Shown here: in pieces, positions 39,194 to 49,117 of the stretch | How positions within the stretch are numbered: position 1 is the stretch's first letter | Layout of the letters: each line of letters begins with the position of its first letter | Assembly (NCBI GenBank): GCA_016213945.1 | Contig: JACQZF010000001.1 | Location: 5,831-69,830, forward strand | Direction of reading: 5' to 3' | DNA: 64,000 nt | Source: Nitrospirota bacterium | GTDB lineage: Bacteria > Nitrospirota > Thermodesulfovibrionia > UBA6902 | Position numbers and translations under genes: made by a program | Notes under the pieces: model-generated | Database searches by the model: none | Seen by the model: only the letters and a program-made list of their open reading frames with translations | Told to the model about the DNA's origin: nothing

Positions 39194-40705
39194 TCACTTT
39201 TGTGTGGCCTTGACTCGCTCCTCCTGTGACATCTTGGCCAGTGACTTGACCTTTTTCAGATCCAATTCCAGTCCTTTTGCCACACGGCTGCCATAATCTG
39301 GGTCTGCTTTATAGAAAATGGCTGTCTGCCGGAGTTGGATGCGCTTCTGTGCGTTGCCCAGGTGGGAGACAATATTCCCAATGAGGTTAGTGCGGTCACT
39401 TTCTGTCATTACTTCCCGGTAAAGATCTCCAGCCTGTACAAAATCATCGTTCGGATGAATATATTCTTGACGAGCAGCCTGTCCCGAAACCGTAATGGCT
39501 GGACCCACTGCCTTTGGATCAGGCGCAGGGCCTCCGAAACTGTTTGGATAGTAGTTCGGGTAACCGATATTTGAAGTTCCTGGGTTCATGAAACCGTCAC
39601 GCTGATAGTTGTTAGTGTTGCTTGCTTTGGATGCATTGACTGGCAGAAGGTGGTAGTTAGGACCGAGCCTGTGCCGATGGGTGTCGTGATAACTGAACAA
39701 ACGCCCCTGTAACATTTTATCGGGAGACGGGCCAATCCCCGGCACAAAGTTGGCAGGAGAAAATGCAGACTGCTCCACCTCGGCAAAGTAGCTTTCAGGG
39801 TTACGGTTAAGCACCATGCGGCCTACTGTGACAGGAGGATAGTCGGCGTGAGGCCAAACCTTGGTAATATCAAAGGGGTCGAAGCGATATTTCTCAGCCT
39901 GCTCCGGCGTCATGATCTGAACCTCCAGTCTCCAGGAGGGATACTCACCTCGCTTTATCGCGTCAGAGAGGTCGCGTGTGGCGTGGTCAGGGTCCGCGCT
40001 TTTCATCCGGTCGGCTTCTTCACGTGTAAAACTCTTGATGCCCTGCTCGGTCTTAAAGTGGTATTGCACCCAGAAGTATTTGCCCTTGTCGTTGTACCAC
40101 ATGAAGGTGTGACTGCTGTAACCGTTCATGTGGCGGAAGCTCCTGGGTGTGCCCCTGTCTGAAAAAAGTATAGTCACCTGATGTATGGATTCCGGCGTAA
40201 GTGAAAGGAAGTCCCAGAACATATCCGGGTCTTTAAGATTGGTGACCGGGTGTCTCTTTTGAGTATGAATGAAGTCGGGGAATTTAAGAGGGTCTCGAAT
40301 GAAAAATACAGGCGTGTTATTCCCTACCATGTCATAGTTTCCCTCTTCGGTGTAAAACTTCACTGCAAAGCCGCGCGGATCACGCTCAGCATCCGCGGAA
40401 CCCTTTTCGCCGCCAACAGTTGAGAAACGCGCAAAAAGACCAGTTCGTTTCCCGACCTTTGAGAGGAACTTGGCTCTGGTGTACTTCGTGAGATCGTTAG
40501 TAGCCTCGAAATATCCGTAAGCGCCTGCGCCTTTTGCGTGAACGACACGTTCAGGAATACGTTCGCGATCGAAATGAGCCAGCTTTTCGAGCAGATGAAC
40601 GTCCTGCATCAGGACGGGACCCGGGTTACCCGCTGTCATACTGTTCTGGTCGTTATAGACCGACGCTCCAAAGTTGCCTGTCAATATCTTTTTATCTTCT
40701 GACAT
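39194..40705 (-). CDS. katA: Monofunctional heme catalase (small-subunit clade)
   Basis: [21 protein letters not shown] distal-His region. Proximal Tyr region [17 protein letters not shown]. 503 aa. Confidence 0.9.
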   Translation of the reverse strand: MSEDKKILTGNFGASVYNDQNSMTAGNPGPVLMQDVHLLEKLAHFDRERIPERVVHAKGAGAYGYFEATNDLTKYTRAKFLSKVGKRTGLFARFSTVGGEKGSADAERDPRGFAVKFYTEEGNYDMVGNNTPVFFIRDPLKFPDFIHTQKRHPVTNLKDPDMFWDFLSLTPESIHQVTILFSDRGTPRSFRHMNGYSSHTFMWYNDKGKYFWVQYHFKTEQGIKSFTREEADRMKSADPDHATRDLSDAIKRGEYPSWRLEVQIMTPEQAEKYRFDPFDITKVWPHADYPPVTVGRMVLNRNPESYFAEVEQSAFSPANFVPGIGPSPDKMLQGRLFSYHDTHRHRLGPNYHLLPVNASKASNTNNYQRDGFMNPGTSNIGYPNYYPNSFGGPAPDPKAVGPAITVSGQAARQEYIHPNDDFVQAGDLYREVMTESDRTNLIGNIVSHLGNAQKRIQLRQTAIFYKADPDYGSRVAKGLELDLKKVKSLAKMSQEERVKATQK

Positions 40706-41036
40706 GTTAACCCTCCTCTAATGCTTAAGTGGTTATGATGGGACTGCATCGGCATTGTTGCTCTTTACTTAATTCAAAGTATACAGGATTAAACGGGGAG
40801 TGCAAGTCTATGATTAGGCGATGTGATAGCAAAGGGATAATGGCCCTATTAACTGCTCATGGAGAAAAAGCTATTCAAAGTAGCGATACCATAAAACAGG
40901 AAGACCTTTTCAAGCAAATTGATGAGAATTTGGTAAAAAAAACGCACAACTAATTGATAGAAAGGTTTTTATACCAATTCGTCCCTGCTCTCAGTATTGC
41001 CGAAAAATCCCTCCCTTCTGTATACTTCAATGTACC

Positions 41037-41741
41037 ATGAAACTCGGCATCTACGGCGGGACGTTCAACCCCATACATTACGGACATTTGAGGACCGCAG
41101 AGGAGATCTTTGAGAAGCTTTCCCTCGACAGGATACTCTTTATACCCGCAGGCAGGACACCGTTTGTAAAACCCGATCTCATCAAGGCCGCTCACCGTTA
41201 TAAAATGGTAAAGCTCGCCATTGCTGGCAATCCCCGTTTTGATGTGTCTAACATTGAGGCAAAATCAACCGTCAAATCATTTACTGTTGACACTATCAGC
41301 AAATTGAAACTCAAACATAGGAACGCGGAGTTGTTTTTTATCCTCGGCATTGACGCCTTCCTGGACCTGCCGCACTGGAAGCAGCCCGGCAAGCTTCTCG
41401 ATCTTACAAACATGGTCGTTATATCAAGGCCGTCCCATGCGTTTGCGGCCCTTTCATCATCCCCGTATCTCAAAAATGTGCCTATGAAGATACTGAAGGA
41501 GCTTGATAATGGGACAAGGAATTGTTTTTCTTTTGACATCTCTGAGAAACAGAAAGGGTCCCTTTGCAATGTCACGGGGCTTGATATTTCAGCGTCACGC
41601 GTCAGAAATCTGGTTGCGTCCGGCAGGAATATTAAGTACCTCTTGCCTGATTCTGTAGAAAACTATATAATTTCACATGAATTATATAGTAAGGGCGGAC
41701 GGCCGTTCGCACCTGCAATTTGGAAAAGGAGATTCCTTTAA
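41037..41741 (+). CDS. nadD: Nicotinate-nucleotide adenylyltransferase
   Basis: GIYGGTFNPIHYGHL (H/TxGH motif) at the N-terminus. ISASRVRNLV C-terminal motif. Confidence 0.85.
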   Translation: MKLGIYGGTFNPIHYGHLRTAEEIFEKLSLDRILFIPAGRTPFVKPDLIKAAHRYKMVKLAIAGNPRFDVSNIEAKSTVKSFTVDTISKLKLKHRNAELFFILGIDAFLDLPHWKQPGKLLDLTNMVVISRPSHAFAALSSSPYLKNVPMKILKELDNGTRNCFSFDISEKQKGSLCNVTGLDISASRVRNLVASGRNIKYLLPDSVENYIISHELYSKGGRPFAPAIWKRRFL

Positions 41742-42097
41742 TTAGCAACAGCAAGAAAAGGGCAGTCAGGGCCGCGGAGACGGCCCTCGACAAAAAAGCC
41801 AAAGACACGATCATCCTCGAATTAAAAGACCTTTCAACGATTGCAGATTATTTTGTGATCTGTTCGGGAGATAATACGTCGCAGATCAGGGCGATAGCGG
41901 AAGCCATACAGGAGAATTTTTCAAAGCACAATGTCTTCCCTCTCGGGAAAGAGGGTCTGGATTTCGCCCGGTGGGTCCTGATAGATTACGGCGATGTGAT
42001 AATCAATATCTTTGATGATGAGACCAGGGCTTATTACGACCTGGAAAAGCTCTGGATAGACGCGCCGAGAATACCGGTAGAGGAGCACAAGAAATAA
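41720..42097 (+). CDS. rsfS: Ribosomal silencing factor RsfS (Iojap family)
   Basis: DKKAKDTIILELKDLSTIADYFVICSGDNTSQIRAIAEAI and WVLIDYGDVIINIF are canonical RsfS motifs. TTG start. Confidence 0.8.
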   Translation: MEKEIPLISNSKKRAVRAAETALDKKAKDTIILELKDLSTIADYFVICSGDNTSQIRAIAEAIQENFSKHNVFPLGKEGLDFARWVLIDYGDVIINIFDDETRAYYDLEKLWIDAPRIPVEEHKK

Positions 42098-42098
42098 T

Positions 42099-43433
42099 AT
42101 GGCAAAGTTTTCAGTATTCCTGACGATCATGTTCCTGCTTGTAGTGGGCATACTGGCGTTCTTCAACAAGGACACAGTCAACCTGACGGTCTGGCAGGGC
42201 GTCACTTATGAAGTCCCGGTTATCGGCCTTATACTGATCTCCACCGCGGCCGGCATCTTCGCCATGTTCGTTGTCTTTTCCATCAGGGACGCAAGGCGGT
42301 TCTTCAGCAACTGGCAGTTCAACCGCCGCCAGAAGAAGGAATTGAAGATCCAGGAATCCTACACAAGGGGACTCGACGCCTTCTTTGCCTGCAGGTACGA
42401 AGAGGCGGAGGAGCTTTTCACAAAAGTTATTGAAGAAGACCCGTTCAATGTAAACGCCCTGCTGAGGCTGGGGGACATCGCGATCTATGAAGAAGATTAT
42501 TTCAAGGCCAAGGATTTTTATACAAGGGCCAAGGAAATAAAACCGCGCAGCGTTGAGGTATTGCTCTCGCTTGAAAAGGTCTTTGAGGGGCAGCAGAAAT
42601 GGAATGAGGCCCTGAAATATCTTGACACCATCCTTGAGATCGACGAAGAGAACCCTGAGATCCTTTACAGGAAACGCGATATATACGAGAGGGACAAAAA
42701 ATGGGAAGATGTTTTAGAGGTTCAGCACAAGGTGCTTAAATGTGATCTCTCTCCCGAAGAAGAGCAGGAAGAGCACAAAAAACATTTAGGCTACAGGTAC
42801 GAGCTTGGATGCCATTATCTTGAAACGAATAACACTGAAAAGGCGGTGAAGATACTGAAGTCCGTTATCAAGGCGGACAAGGACTTTGCCTCCGCGTACA
42901 TCGCGCTCGCTGAAGCTTATTTAAAAGACGGCAATACGGATGAGGCGCAGGAGCTTCTGCTGAAGGGATATGAAACGACCTCTTCACTGGTCCTGCTTGT
43001 GCGCCTGGAGGACTTTTTCATATCAATGGGAGAGCCGGGCACGATAATCGATCTGTATCAAAAGGCGGTGCAGAAAGACCCTCGTGACCTGAAGCTCCAG
43101 TTCTTCCTTGCGAAACTTTATTACCGCCTTGAGATGATAGATTACGCCTTTGAGACAATCAACGCTCTTGATACCAGCGCATTTGATTTTCCCGACCTGC
43201 ACATCCTTTTAGGCAATATTTACCAGAGACGCTCCCAGGCGGAAAAGGCCGCCGAGGAATTCAAGAAAGCCCTGAAAGTTGACAAGCCGCTGCTTGTGCC
43301 TTTTTGCTGCTCAAACTGCGGGTACACCTCAAAAGACTGGGGCGGGAGATGCCCTTCATGCAAGACCTGGAACACCTTCGTCCTGAATACATATGAAGTC
43401 TGCAAGACAAAGAAAAGACAGAGTAGTTCTTGA
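42099..43433 (+). CDS. LapB(YciM)-like TPR protein with fused N-terminal LapA-like membrane segment and C-terminal rubredoxin-type zinc ribbon
   Basis: Two N-terminal TM helices, then an RRFF segment, multiple TPRs, and C-terminal CCSNCGYTSKDWGGRCPSCKTW (CxxC...CxxC) as in LapB. Confidence 0.6.
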   Translation: MAKFSVFLTIMFLLVVGILAFFNKDTVNLTVWQGVTYEVPVIGLILISTAAGIFAMFVVFSIRDARRFFSNWQFNRRQKKELKIQESYTRGLDAFFACRYEEAEELFTKVIEEDPFNVNALLRLGDIAIYEEDYFKAKDFYTRAKEIKPRSVEVLLSLEKVFEGQQKWNEALKYLDTILEIDEENPEILYRKRDIYERDKKWEDVLEVQHKVLKCDLSPEEEQEEHKKHLGYRYELGCHYLETNNTEKAVKILKSVIKADKDFASAYIALAEAYLKDGNTDEAQELLLKGYETTSSLVLLVRLEDFFISMGEPGTIIDLYQKAVQKDPRDLKLQFFLAKLYYRLEMIDYAFETINALDTSAFDFPDLHILLGNIYQRRSQAEKAAEEFKKALKVDKPLLVPFCCSNCGYTSKDWGGRCPSCKTWNTFVLNTYEVCKTKKRQSSS

Positions 43434-43989
43434 TACAAGCCTTTTTGTAAATCCCGACGTTCGCAATGATTTCGGCGATTCGCCTACAGAGGCAATAAAT
43501 GGATTTCTCCAGATAGCGGAGCAGATACCCTCGCTCGAATTCTACATGCCCTCTTCCATCTTTCAGGAGCTCCTGAATTTTGTGAATGAAAAAGAGATCC
43601 CCGGCGCGCTTCTTGCCGTGCTTCATCAAAAGTCCCCAAGCAAGCATGAACTGACCTGCCCCGCCTTTTTCCTGTACGAGCTCATCGAAGATATAAGGGA
43701 GCGCGTTAACAAAGGATTAAGGATCGCTGAGAAGGCCGTAAGGACCGCGGGCAAAAGCGATGAACGTGAAGTCATCCAGGCCATGAGGAAAAATTACAGG
43801 GAGGCGCTTCGCGAGGGAATAATCGACAGCAAGGAAGACGTGGACCTGATATTGCTGGCAAAAGAACTCGACGCGCTCCTTGTCACCGTCGATCACGGCG
43901 CAATAAAATGGGCCGAGAAGCTGGGCATAAGATGGCTCCTGCCAAGCAAGTTCAAAGAATATCTGCTGAGCTTTATTCAGAACGACTGA
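43393..43989 (+). CDS. PIN-like domain protein (putative ribonuclease)
   Basis: N-terminal VVLDTSLFVNPD acidic PIN-type start. Later TVDHG. About 198 aa. Family assignment tentative. Confidence 0.4.
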   Translation: MKSARQRKDRVVLDTSLFVNPDVRNDFGDSPTEAINGFLQIAEQIPSLEFYMPSSIFQELLNFVNEKEIPGALLAVLHQKSPSKHELTCPAFFLYELIEDIRERVNKGLRIAEKAVRTAGKSDEREVIQAMRKNYREALREGIIDSKEDVDLILLAKELDALLVTVDHGAIKWAEKLGIRWLLPSKFKEYLLSFIQND

Positions 43990-44223
43990 CAGGATTATAT
44001 TCATTCCTCATTATTAATTTTATTTGTCAAAGCCATTATGTCTCCTCTACCTGCCACGCAAAAAATGGAGTAGTTCCGCGAAGTTTTACGTCATTTTTCT
44101 CTGCTTATAGATTCATCAAATATCATGACGGCAGACATATCCCAAGAGATGTTCTATGTGGCTGTTTTACTGCCGTTTAATGTAAAATCTTTCAGAGATA
44201 TTCTCTAATAGAGGACGGGGTTA

Positions 44224-44450
44224 ATGGGCAATAAAACTATTTACGAAAGATTCGCATGGTTTGACAGCAAGGTCAGATCAGGCAAGTATCCCAATGCCAC
44301 GGCTCTCTCGTACTGAGCTTCCCGGCGGCATCATTCATGGAGATCGAAATGGAGGTCTTGAGTCACGGGCATGATGTAGAAGTAATTGCGCCACGGGCAG
44401 TTAGGGAGCTGATTAAGGCGGAAGCGGAAAAGATTGCGGGAATTTATTGA
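44224..44450 (+). pseudogene. Degraded gene remnant: N-terminal HTH-like fragment and C-terminal fragment of a WYL/BrxR-type regulator, in two frames
   Basis: Frame 1: MGNKTIYERFAWFDSKVRSGKYPNATALSY*. Frame 2: ...SHGHDVEVIAPRAVRELIKAEAEKIAGIY*. These resemble the N- and C-termini of wHTH-WYL regulators, with the middle missing. Confidence 0.25.
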
Positions 44451-44539
44451 AGTATAGAAACAAACATGCTCAATTTCCCATTTTTTATGACTGGGGTATA
44501 ATAATAAAATAAATTATAGCTATTTCAAGGAGGTAAAAA

Positions 44540-44737
44540 ATGAGTGTCGGCGTCATGGTTGAGTTAAAGGTAGAAGACATTGCGGCTTCGATTAAGAAAA
44601 TGAAAAAATCAGATAAGGAAATGCTGCTCCTTATGTTGTCAGGAGAAGGCAAGGAAATTGCCAAAAGATTGAAAGAAGTAAATTCCCGAAAAGTAAAAAC
44701 TCTGACAAGAGAGGAGACCTTCAAGAATGTCCTTTAA
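44540..44737 (+). CDS. Putative antitoxin (65 aa) of a RelE/ParE-type module
   Basis: Small charged protein with a strong RBS (AAGGAGGTAAAAAATG). Overlaps the downstream RelE-family toxin gene by 11 nt. Confidence 0.45.
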   Translation: MSVGVMVELKVEDIAASIKKMKKSDKEMLLLMLSGEGKEIAKRLKEVNSRKVKTLTREETFKNVL

Positions 44738-45017
44738 GGATGAGTATCATCCGAAAATAAAATCAGATCTAAAAAAACTTGATAAAGCTGTTGCGCGAGA
44801 AATTTATGATGTACATATAGACAATATTTTACATCACCCCTTCGTTAACGAAAATCTTCACGGAGACCTTGAGGGTGCATCGAGCTACCATTTTAGAAAA
44901 AATAAGGCAGATTACAGAATTGCCTATTCAATTGATAAGTCCCGGAAAGTTGTTTATTTCCTGATGATGGCAAAGAGAGAAAATTTCTACGAGATATTGA
45001 AGAGACGGCTGCTGTGA
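44727..45017 (+). CDS. RelE/ParE-family type II toxin
   Basis: LHGDLEGASSYHFRKNKADYRIAYSIDKSRKVVYFLMMAKRENFY matches the RelE/ParE core (L.G...R.G.YRI.Y.I......V....R...Y). Confidence 0.75.
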   Translation: MSFKDEYHPKIKSDLKKLDKAVAREIYDVHIDNILHHPFVNENLHGDLEGASSYHFRKNKADYRIAYSIDKSRKVVYFLMMAKRENFYEILKRRLL

Positions 45018-45073
45018 AATATCGCCTATTTGGGGCTTTGATATAATGATATGAAAATCAATGGGGTTGAACA

Positions 45074-45343
45074 ATGATAAATGAAACAGATAAAACTATA
45101 ATTTTACAGTGTGCAAAAAAGTTTAATGTCGCTTCTGTTTTCCTTTTCGGGTCGTCTGTCGAGGACGACATGGAGGCTAATGATATAGATATAGCTGTCA
45201 AAGGGATAGAACCGCGCCTATTTTTCAAATTTTATGCGGAGCTGTTTAAGCGTTTGTCAAAACCTGTTGACCTGATAGACCTTTCCAGGAAGACTTTGTT
45301 TAACAACCTTGTGGAAGAGACCGGAGTAAAAATTTATGGGTAA
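45074..45343 (+). CDS. Minimal nucleotidyltransferase (MNT), no HEPN partner evident
   Basis: FLFGSSVEDDMEANDIDIAV (GS...D.D polymerase-beta-type nucleotidyltransferase motif), 89 aa. Confidence 0.75.
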   Translation: MINETDKTIILQCAKKFNVASVFLFGSSVEDDMEANDIDIAVKGIEPRLFFKFYAELFKRLSKPVDLIDLSRKTLFNNLVEETGVKIYG

Positions 45344-45360
45344 AAGTATGGAGGGATTTA

Positions 45361-45588
45361 ATGCTAAAAACCGTTAAGGGACATTACAGTAAAGGCAAAT
45401 TAGAACTTTACGAAAAGCCACAGGTAGAAGAATGTGACGTTCTTGTAACGTTTATCGAGAATGGCGAATCGATAGACCTTCAATCGCGAGGTATATCAAA
45501 AGAAGAAGCACAAGATTTAAGAGGCAGATTGCACACTTTTGAAGATGACTGGAACACGCCTGGGATGGAGCTTTATGACAGAGTATAA
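45361..45588 (+). CDS. Putative antitoxin paired with MazF
   Basis: 75 aa (VKGHYSKGKLELYEKP...VLVTFIE, swapped-hairpin-like). Overlaps the MazF start by 14 nt. Confidence 0.45.
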   Translation: MLKTVKGHYSKGKLELYEKPQVEECDVLVTFIENGESIDLQSRGISKEEAQDLRGRLHTFEDDWNTPGMELYDRV

Positions 45589-45898
45589 AAAAGGTATGGT
45601 TGTTTTAGTCTTATTCCCAAATTCGGATCTGATAACGGCAAAGCGCCGTCCAGCCTTGATTGTACAGGCTGATAATTTGAATACTGGATTGGATCAGGTT
45701 GTCGTGGCAATGATAACAAGCAACTTAAATCGTGACGGACATCCAAGTCGCTTTCGCATTAATAGAGATTCAGAGCAAGGGAAATCTGCCGGCATACTCA
45801 CGGATTCGGTAATAATGGCGGATAATCTTGCCACAGTCAGATTCAAAGAAATTGATAAGACATTGGGGACATTGCCGCTGTTGATAAGGCCCTTATAG
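45575..45898 (+). CDS. MazF/PemK-family endoribonuclease toxin
   Basis: GMVVLVLFPNSDLITAKRRPALIVQADNLN...VVVAMITSN...GILTDSVIMADNLATVRFKEIDKTLGTL is the canonical MazF/PemK pattern. Start moved to MTEYKKG. Confidence 0.8.
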   Translation: MTEYKKGMVVLVLFPNSDLITAKRRPALIVQADNLNTGLDQVVVAMITSNLNRDGHPSRFRINRDSEQGKSAGILTDSVIMADNLATVRFKEIDKTLGTLPLLIRPL

Positions 45899-46014
45899 TC
45901 ACTTTTGGGTTGTAATACATATCATTTAAAGTACTTTTTAAAATGTAGGACATCGGTTTGGTGATGCAAGGGTATAGACTAATAAATATTTATTAATGGG
46001 GGTAGTGAGATAAA

Positions 46015-49000
46015 TTGGCTTTGAGTGAAAGTATATTTCAGATTGGGCAAGTGGTTGCCTTGAAATCCAACCCATCGGTCATGGGTGTTATTACAAAAAT
46101 ATTGCGAGGCGATCACGAAACACGTTATGAAGTTTTTCATGGAAATTCAAAGAATATATACTATGCAAGCCAAATAATTCCTTCTCAACAAACTGAAGAA
46201 GAAATTAAGACGATACCGCTAAATTTATTTAATGCGAGATTAACGGCAATACAAATCAATTATCCCGGAATTGCATCTCTCTATTCTCTGCATTCTGCAA
46301 GAGTCAATTTTATCCCATTTCAATTTAAACCCGTCCTGAAACTTATCCGCTCTGACCGCCCAAGATTGTTAATTGCAGATGAAGTGGGAGTCGGTAAGAC
46401 TATAGAAGCGGGATTGATTCTCCGTGAATTGCAGGCAAGAATGAATATTAAATCTATATTGGTTTTATGTCCCAAGCCTCTTGTTACTGATCGAAAGTGG
46501 CAGCTTGAGTTAAAGCGTTTTGACGAAGAATTTACACACCTTGATGGTCCTGCTTTACGCTACTGTATTAATGAAACGGATTTAGACGGAAGATGGCCGA
46601 CTCAGCATAGTAAAACCATTATGCCTTTTTCACTTTTCAATGAGTCGCTCTTAACTGGAGAAGGAAAAGGAAAAAAGAAACAGAAGGGCCTTCTTGAACT
46701 TGACCCGCCGGTTCAGTTTGACCTCGTTATAATTGACGAGGCGCATCATTTGCGTAATACAAACACTTATATTCATCAGGTAGCACGGTATTTCTGTGAA
46801 AACGCAGAGGCTATACTCCTGCTCTCTGCAACACCTATACAATTGGGAGATAATGATCTTTATGTCCTGCTCAACCTGTTACGTCCAGACTTGATTATTG
46901 ACCGCAGCAGTTTTGAACACATGGCAGAACCTAATCCTTTTATTAACCAGGCAATAGATGTTGCACGTGCCGCTCAGCCTCAATGGGAAGCAAGAAGCAG
47001 GGCTGCTTTAAGTGAGGCATCGTTAACAAGCTGGGGGCAAAGAATGCTGAAAAGTAATCCTGATTTTCAACAGGCAATAACGCTTCTTGAAAATCCTTTG
47101 TCCGCAGAGCAACGCCTTGAATTTGTCCGGGCCACTGAACAATTTCATACATTTTCGGGGTTGATTAACAGAACAAGGAGAAGGGACATAGGCGCCTTCA
47201 CTCTCCGCAAATCAGAGACAGTTACGATTGAGTTTACTCAGGAACAGAAGGACCTTCATGATTCTTTACTGGATATACAAGCAGAAATGCTTGGCATGAT
47301 TCATGATCCCCAGCATATTAAATTTATGATGACAACACTGAGAAGACAGGCCTCAAGTTGCATTCATGGGCTTGTTCCATTGATGCAGGCTATATTGAAC
47401 AGGAATCTAAGCAGGGTTACAGATGGTGATAATCTTGAGGAAGATTGGGAAGAATCATTAACTGCATTTAACGACGCTATCCAGAAGATAACCAAACAAG
47501 ACCTTACAAGTCTTATGAGTAAATTTCAGACCATTATTGAAGCAGGGAAAAGACTTAATAAAAGAGATCCGAAATCAGAAGCATTGCTAAATGTAATAAA
47601 ACAAAAACAGTCACTCCCTAATAATAAAATTCTGATTTTCAGTACCTTCCGCCATACACTGACTTATCTCTATACGAAAATGGTCAAGGGCGGGGTAAGG
47701 GTTGGAATGATACATGGCGATATCAAAGATTATGAGAGACTGGAACTAAGACATCGTTTCAGTCTGCCAAAAGAGAACGCTGATGCAATAGATATCCTGC
47801 TTTCCTCTGAAGTCGGTTGTGAAGGATTGGATTATCAATTCTGCGATTGCATGGTTAACTATGATATACCCTGGAACCCCATGAGAGTTGAACAGCGTAT
47901 CGGGCGCATAGACAGATACGGGCAGAAGAGCGAGAGTGTGCTTATCTATAACTTCATCACTCCTGACACAGTGGATGCAGATATATATGAACGCTGTCTT
48001 ATAAGAATCGGGGTTTTTCAAAGAAGTCTTGGAGGCAGTGAGGAGATATTAGGGAAAATCAGTCGGCAGATAATGGATATAGCAGAAAATTATAAGCTTA
48101 CGGAAGACGAAAGGAAAAGAAAATTGCAGCAGCTTGCAGATAATGAAATCCGCCTTCAAATGGAACAGGATGAATTGGAAGAAAGGCAGGCAGAGCTATT
48201 CGGGCTTAGTCTTCCGCTGGATAAAGCGAGAAAGGATATTGAAGACGCGAGTAGTTTCTGGCTTAGCCCTGAAGCGCTGCAGAATCTTGTAGAAACATAT
48301 CTGCAAAAAGTCACCGGAGCAGAACAATCCCTTCTTGGAGAGAAGGACTCAAAAACATTGCGGTTAAATCAAGAGGCAAGAAATAGACTTTTATCAGATT
48401 ACCGTCAGATACCGAAACAATCTTCCCCTGTTTATAGGGACTGGGAGAAATGGCTTAAGGGTGGAGATGCACATCTTCCGCTTACTTTTGACGCCGGGTA
48501 CGCTACAGAAAACCGGGACATTATTTTTATTACACCAGTCCACCCTCTTATACGTCAGGCGGCATCTACACTCCATGAGAAGCCGCCTCTTTATGTCATT
48601 GTTAGATATCCTGGTTATTCAATACCATCTGGGAAGTATCCATTTGCTGTTTACCAATGGCAAAAGACAGGGGTCAAATCAGATGCGGAGTTTCAGGTGA
48701 TTTGTAGTTCAGAAGCTGTTTCCAGCTCCTTTATGCAGTTGATTACAACAGCAACCGATGCAGAAGAAGGCCTTTATGGACTACCGGACAAGCATGTTTT
48801 TGACGAACTGGATAAGCAGCATTACGGTCTGTGGATTAATGCGAGAGATAAACACGTTCAGAGTAATAACCGAATGATAGAATTTCGTACCGAGAGTTTA
48901 AAAACGAGTCATAACGCAAGACTGAATCAACTGAATGATCTGTTAAGCAGGGCGGAAAACGATAGGATACAACGCATGAGAATTAGCCAGATTGCATCGG

Positions 49001-49104
49001 CAGAGGTTGATTTCCAGAGACGGATGAAAGAGATAGAAGAAGCGAGAACAAAGGCAGATATTATCAGTGAGCCAGTGGCTTTTGGGGTATTTATTATTGA
49101 ATAA
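46015..49104 (+). CDS. SNF2/SWI2-family helicase (1029 aa) with small N-terminal beta-rich domain and long C-terminal extension
   Basis: Motif I LIADEVGVGKTIEAG. DEAH box LVIIDEAHHLRN. Motif III LLLSATPIQL. C-lobe ILIFSTFRHT... and DIPWNPMRVEQRIGRIDRYGQ (motifs V/VI). Coiled-coil region about 680-720. 13-nt gap to the next gene. Confidence 0.85.
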   Translation: MALSESIFQIGQVVALKSNPSVMGVITKILRGDHETRYEVFHGNSKNIYYASQIIPSQQTEEEIKTIPLNLFNARLTAIQINYPGIASLYSLHSARVNFIPFQFKPVLKLIRSDRPRLLIADEVGVGKTIEAGLILRELQARMNIKSILVLCPKPLVTDRKWQLELKRFDEEFTHLDGPALRYCINETDLDGRWPTQHSKTIMPFSLFNESLLTGEGKGKKKQKGLLELDPPVQFDLVIIDEAHHLRNTNTYIHQVARYFCENAEAILLLSATPIQLGDNDLYVLLNLLRPDLIIDRSSFEHMAEPNPFINQAIDVARAAQPQWEARSRAALSEASLTSWGQRMLKSNPDFQQAITLLENPLSAEQRLEFVRATEQFHTFSGLINRTRRRDIGAFTLRKSETVTIEFTQEQKDLHDSLLDIQAEMLGMIHDPQHIKFMMTTLRRQASSCIHGLVPLMQAILNRNLSRVTDGDNLEEDWEESLTAFNDAIQKITKQDLTSLMSKFQTIIEAGKRLNKRDPKSEALLNVIKQKQSLPNNKILIFSTFRHTLTYLYTKMVKGGVRVGMIHGDIKDYERLELRHRFSLPKENADAIDILLSSEVGCEGLDYQFCDCMVNYDIPWNPMRVEQRIGRIDRYGQKSESVLIYNFITPDTVDADIYERCLIRIGVFQRSLGGSEEILGKISRQIMDIAENYKLTEDERKRKLQQLADNEIRLQMEQDELEERQAELFGLSLPLDKARKDIEDASSFWLSPEALQNLVETYLQKVTGAEQSLLGEKDSKTLRLNQEARNRLLSDYRQIPKQSSPVYRDWEKWLKGGDAHLPLTFDAGYATENRDIIFITPVHPLIRQAASTLHEKPPLYVIVRYPGYSIPSGKYPFAVYQWQKTGVKSDAEFQVICSSEAVSSSFMQLITTATDAEEGLYGLPDKHVFDELDKQHYGLWINARDKHVQSNNRMIEFRTESLKTSHNARLNQLNDLLSRAENDRIQRMRISQIASAEVDFQRRMKEIEEARTKADIISEPVAFGVFIIE

Positions 49105-49117
49105 AGGGGGACAGTAG

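Noticed and set aside
40729-41195. Small ORFs 40729..40953(+) and 40950..41195(-) in the catalase/nadD divergent region
   Set aside because: The minus-strand ORF overlaps the well-supported nadD N-terminus (GGTFNPIHYGH) by about 160 nt. The plus-strand one lies in the promoter region without RBS or family match. Likely spurious.
45074-45343. MNT forming an MNT-HEPN toxin-antitoxin pair with the following 75-aa ORF
   Set aside because: The downstream 75-aa protein shows no Rx4-6H HEPN motif. It overlaps and better fits as the antitoxin of the MazF gene that follows. The MNT is reported as an orphan.
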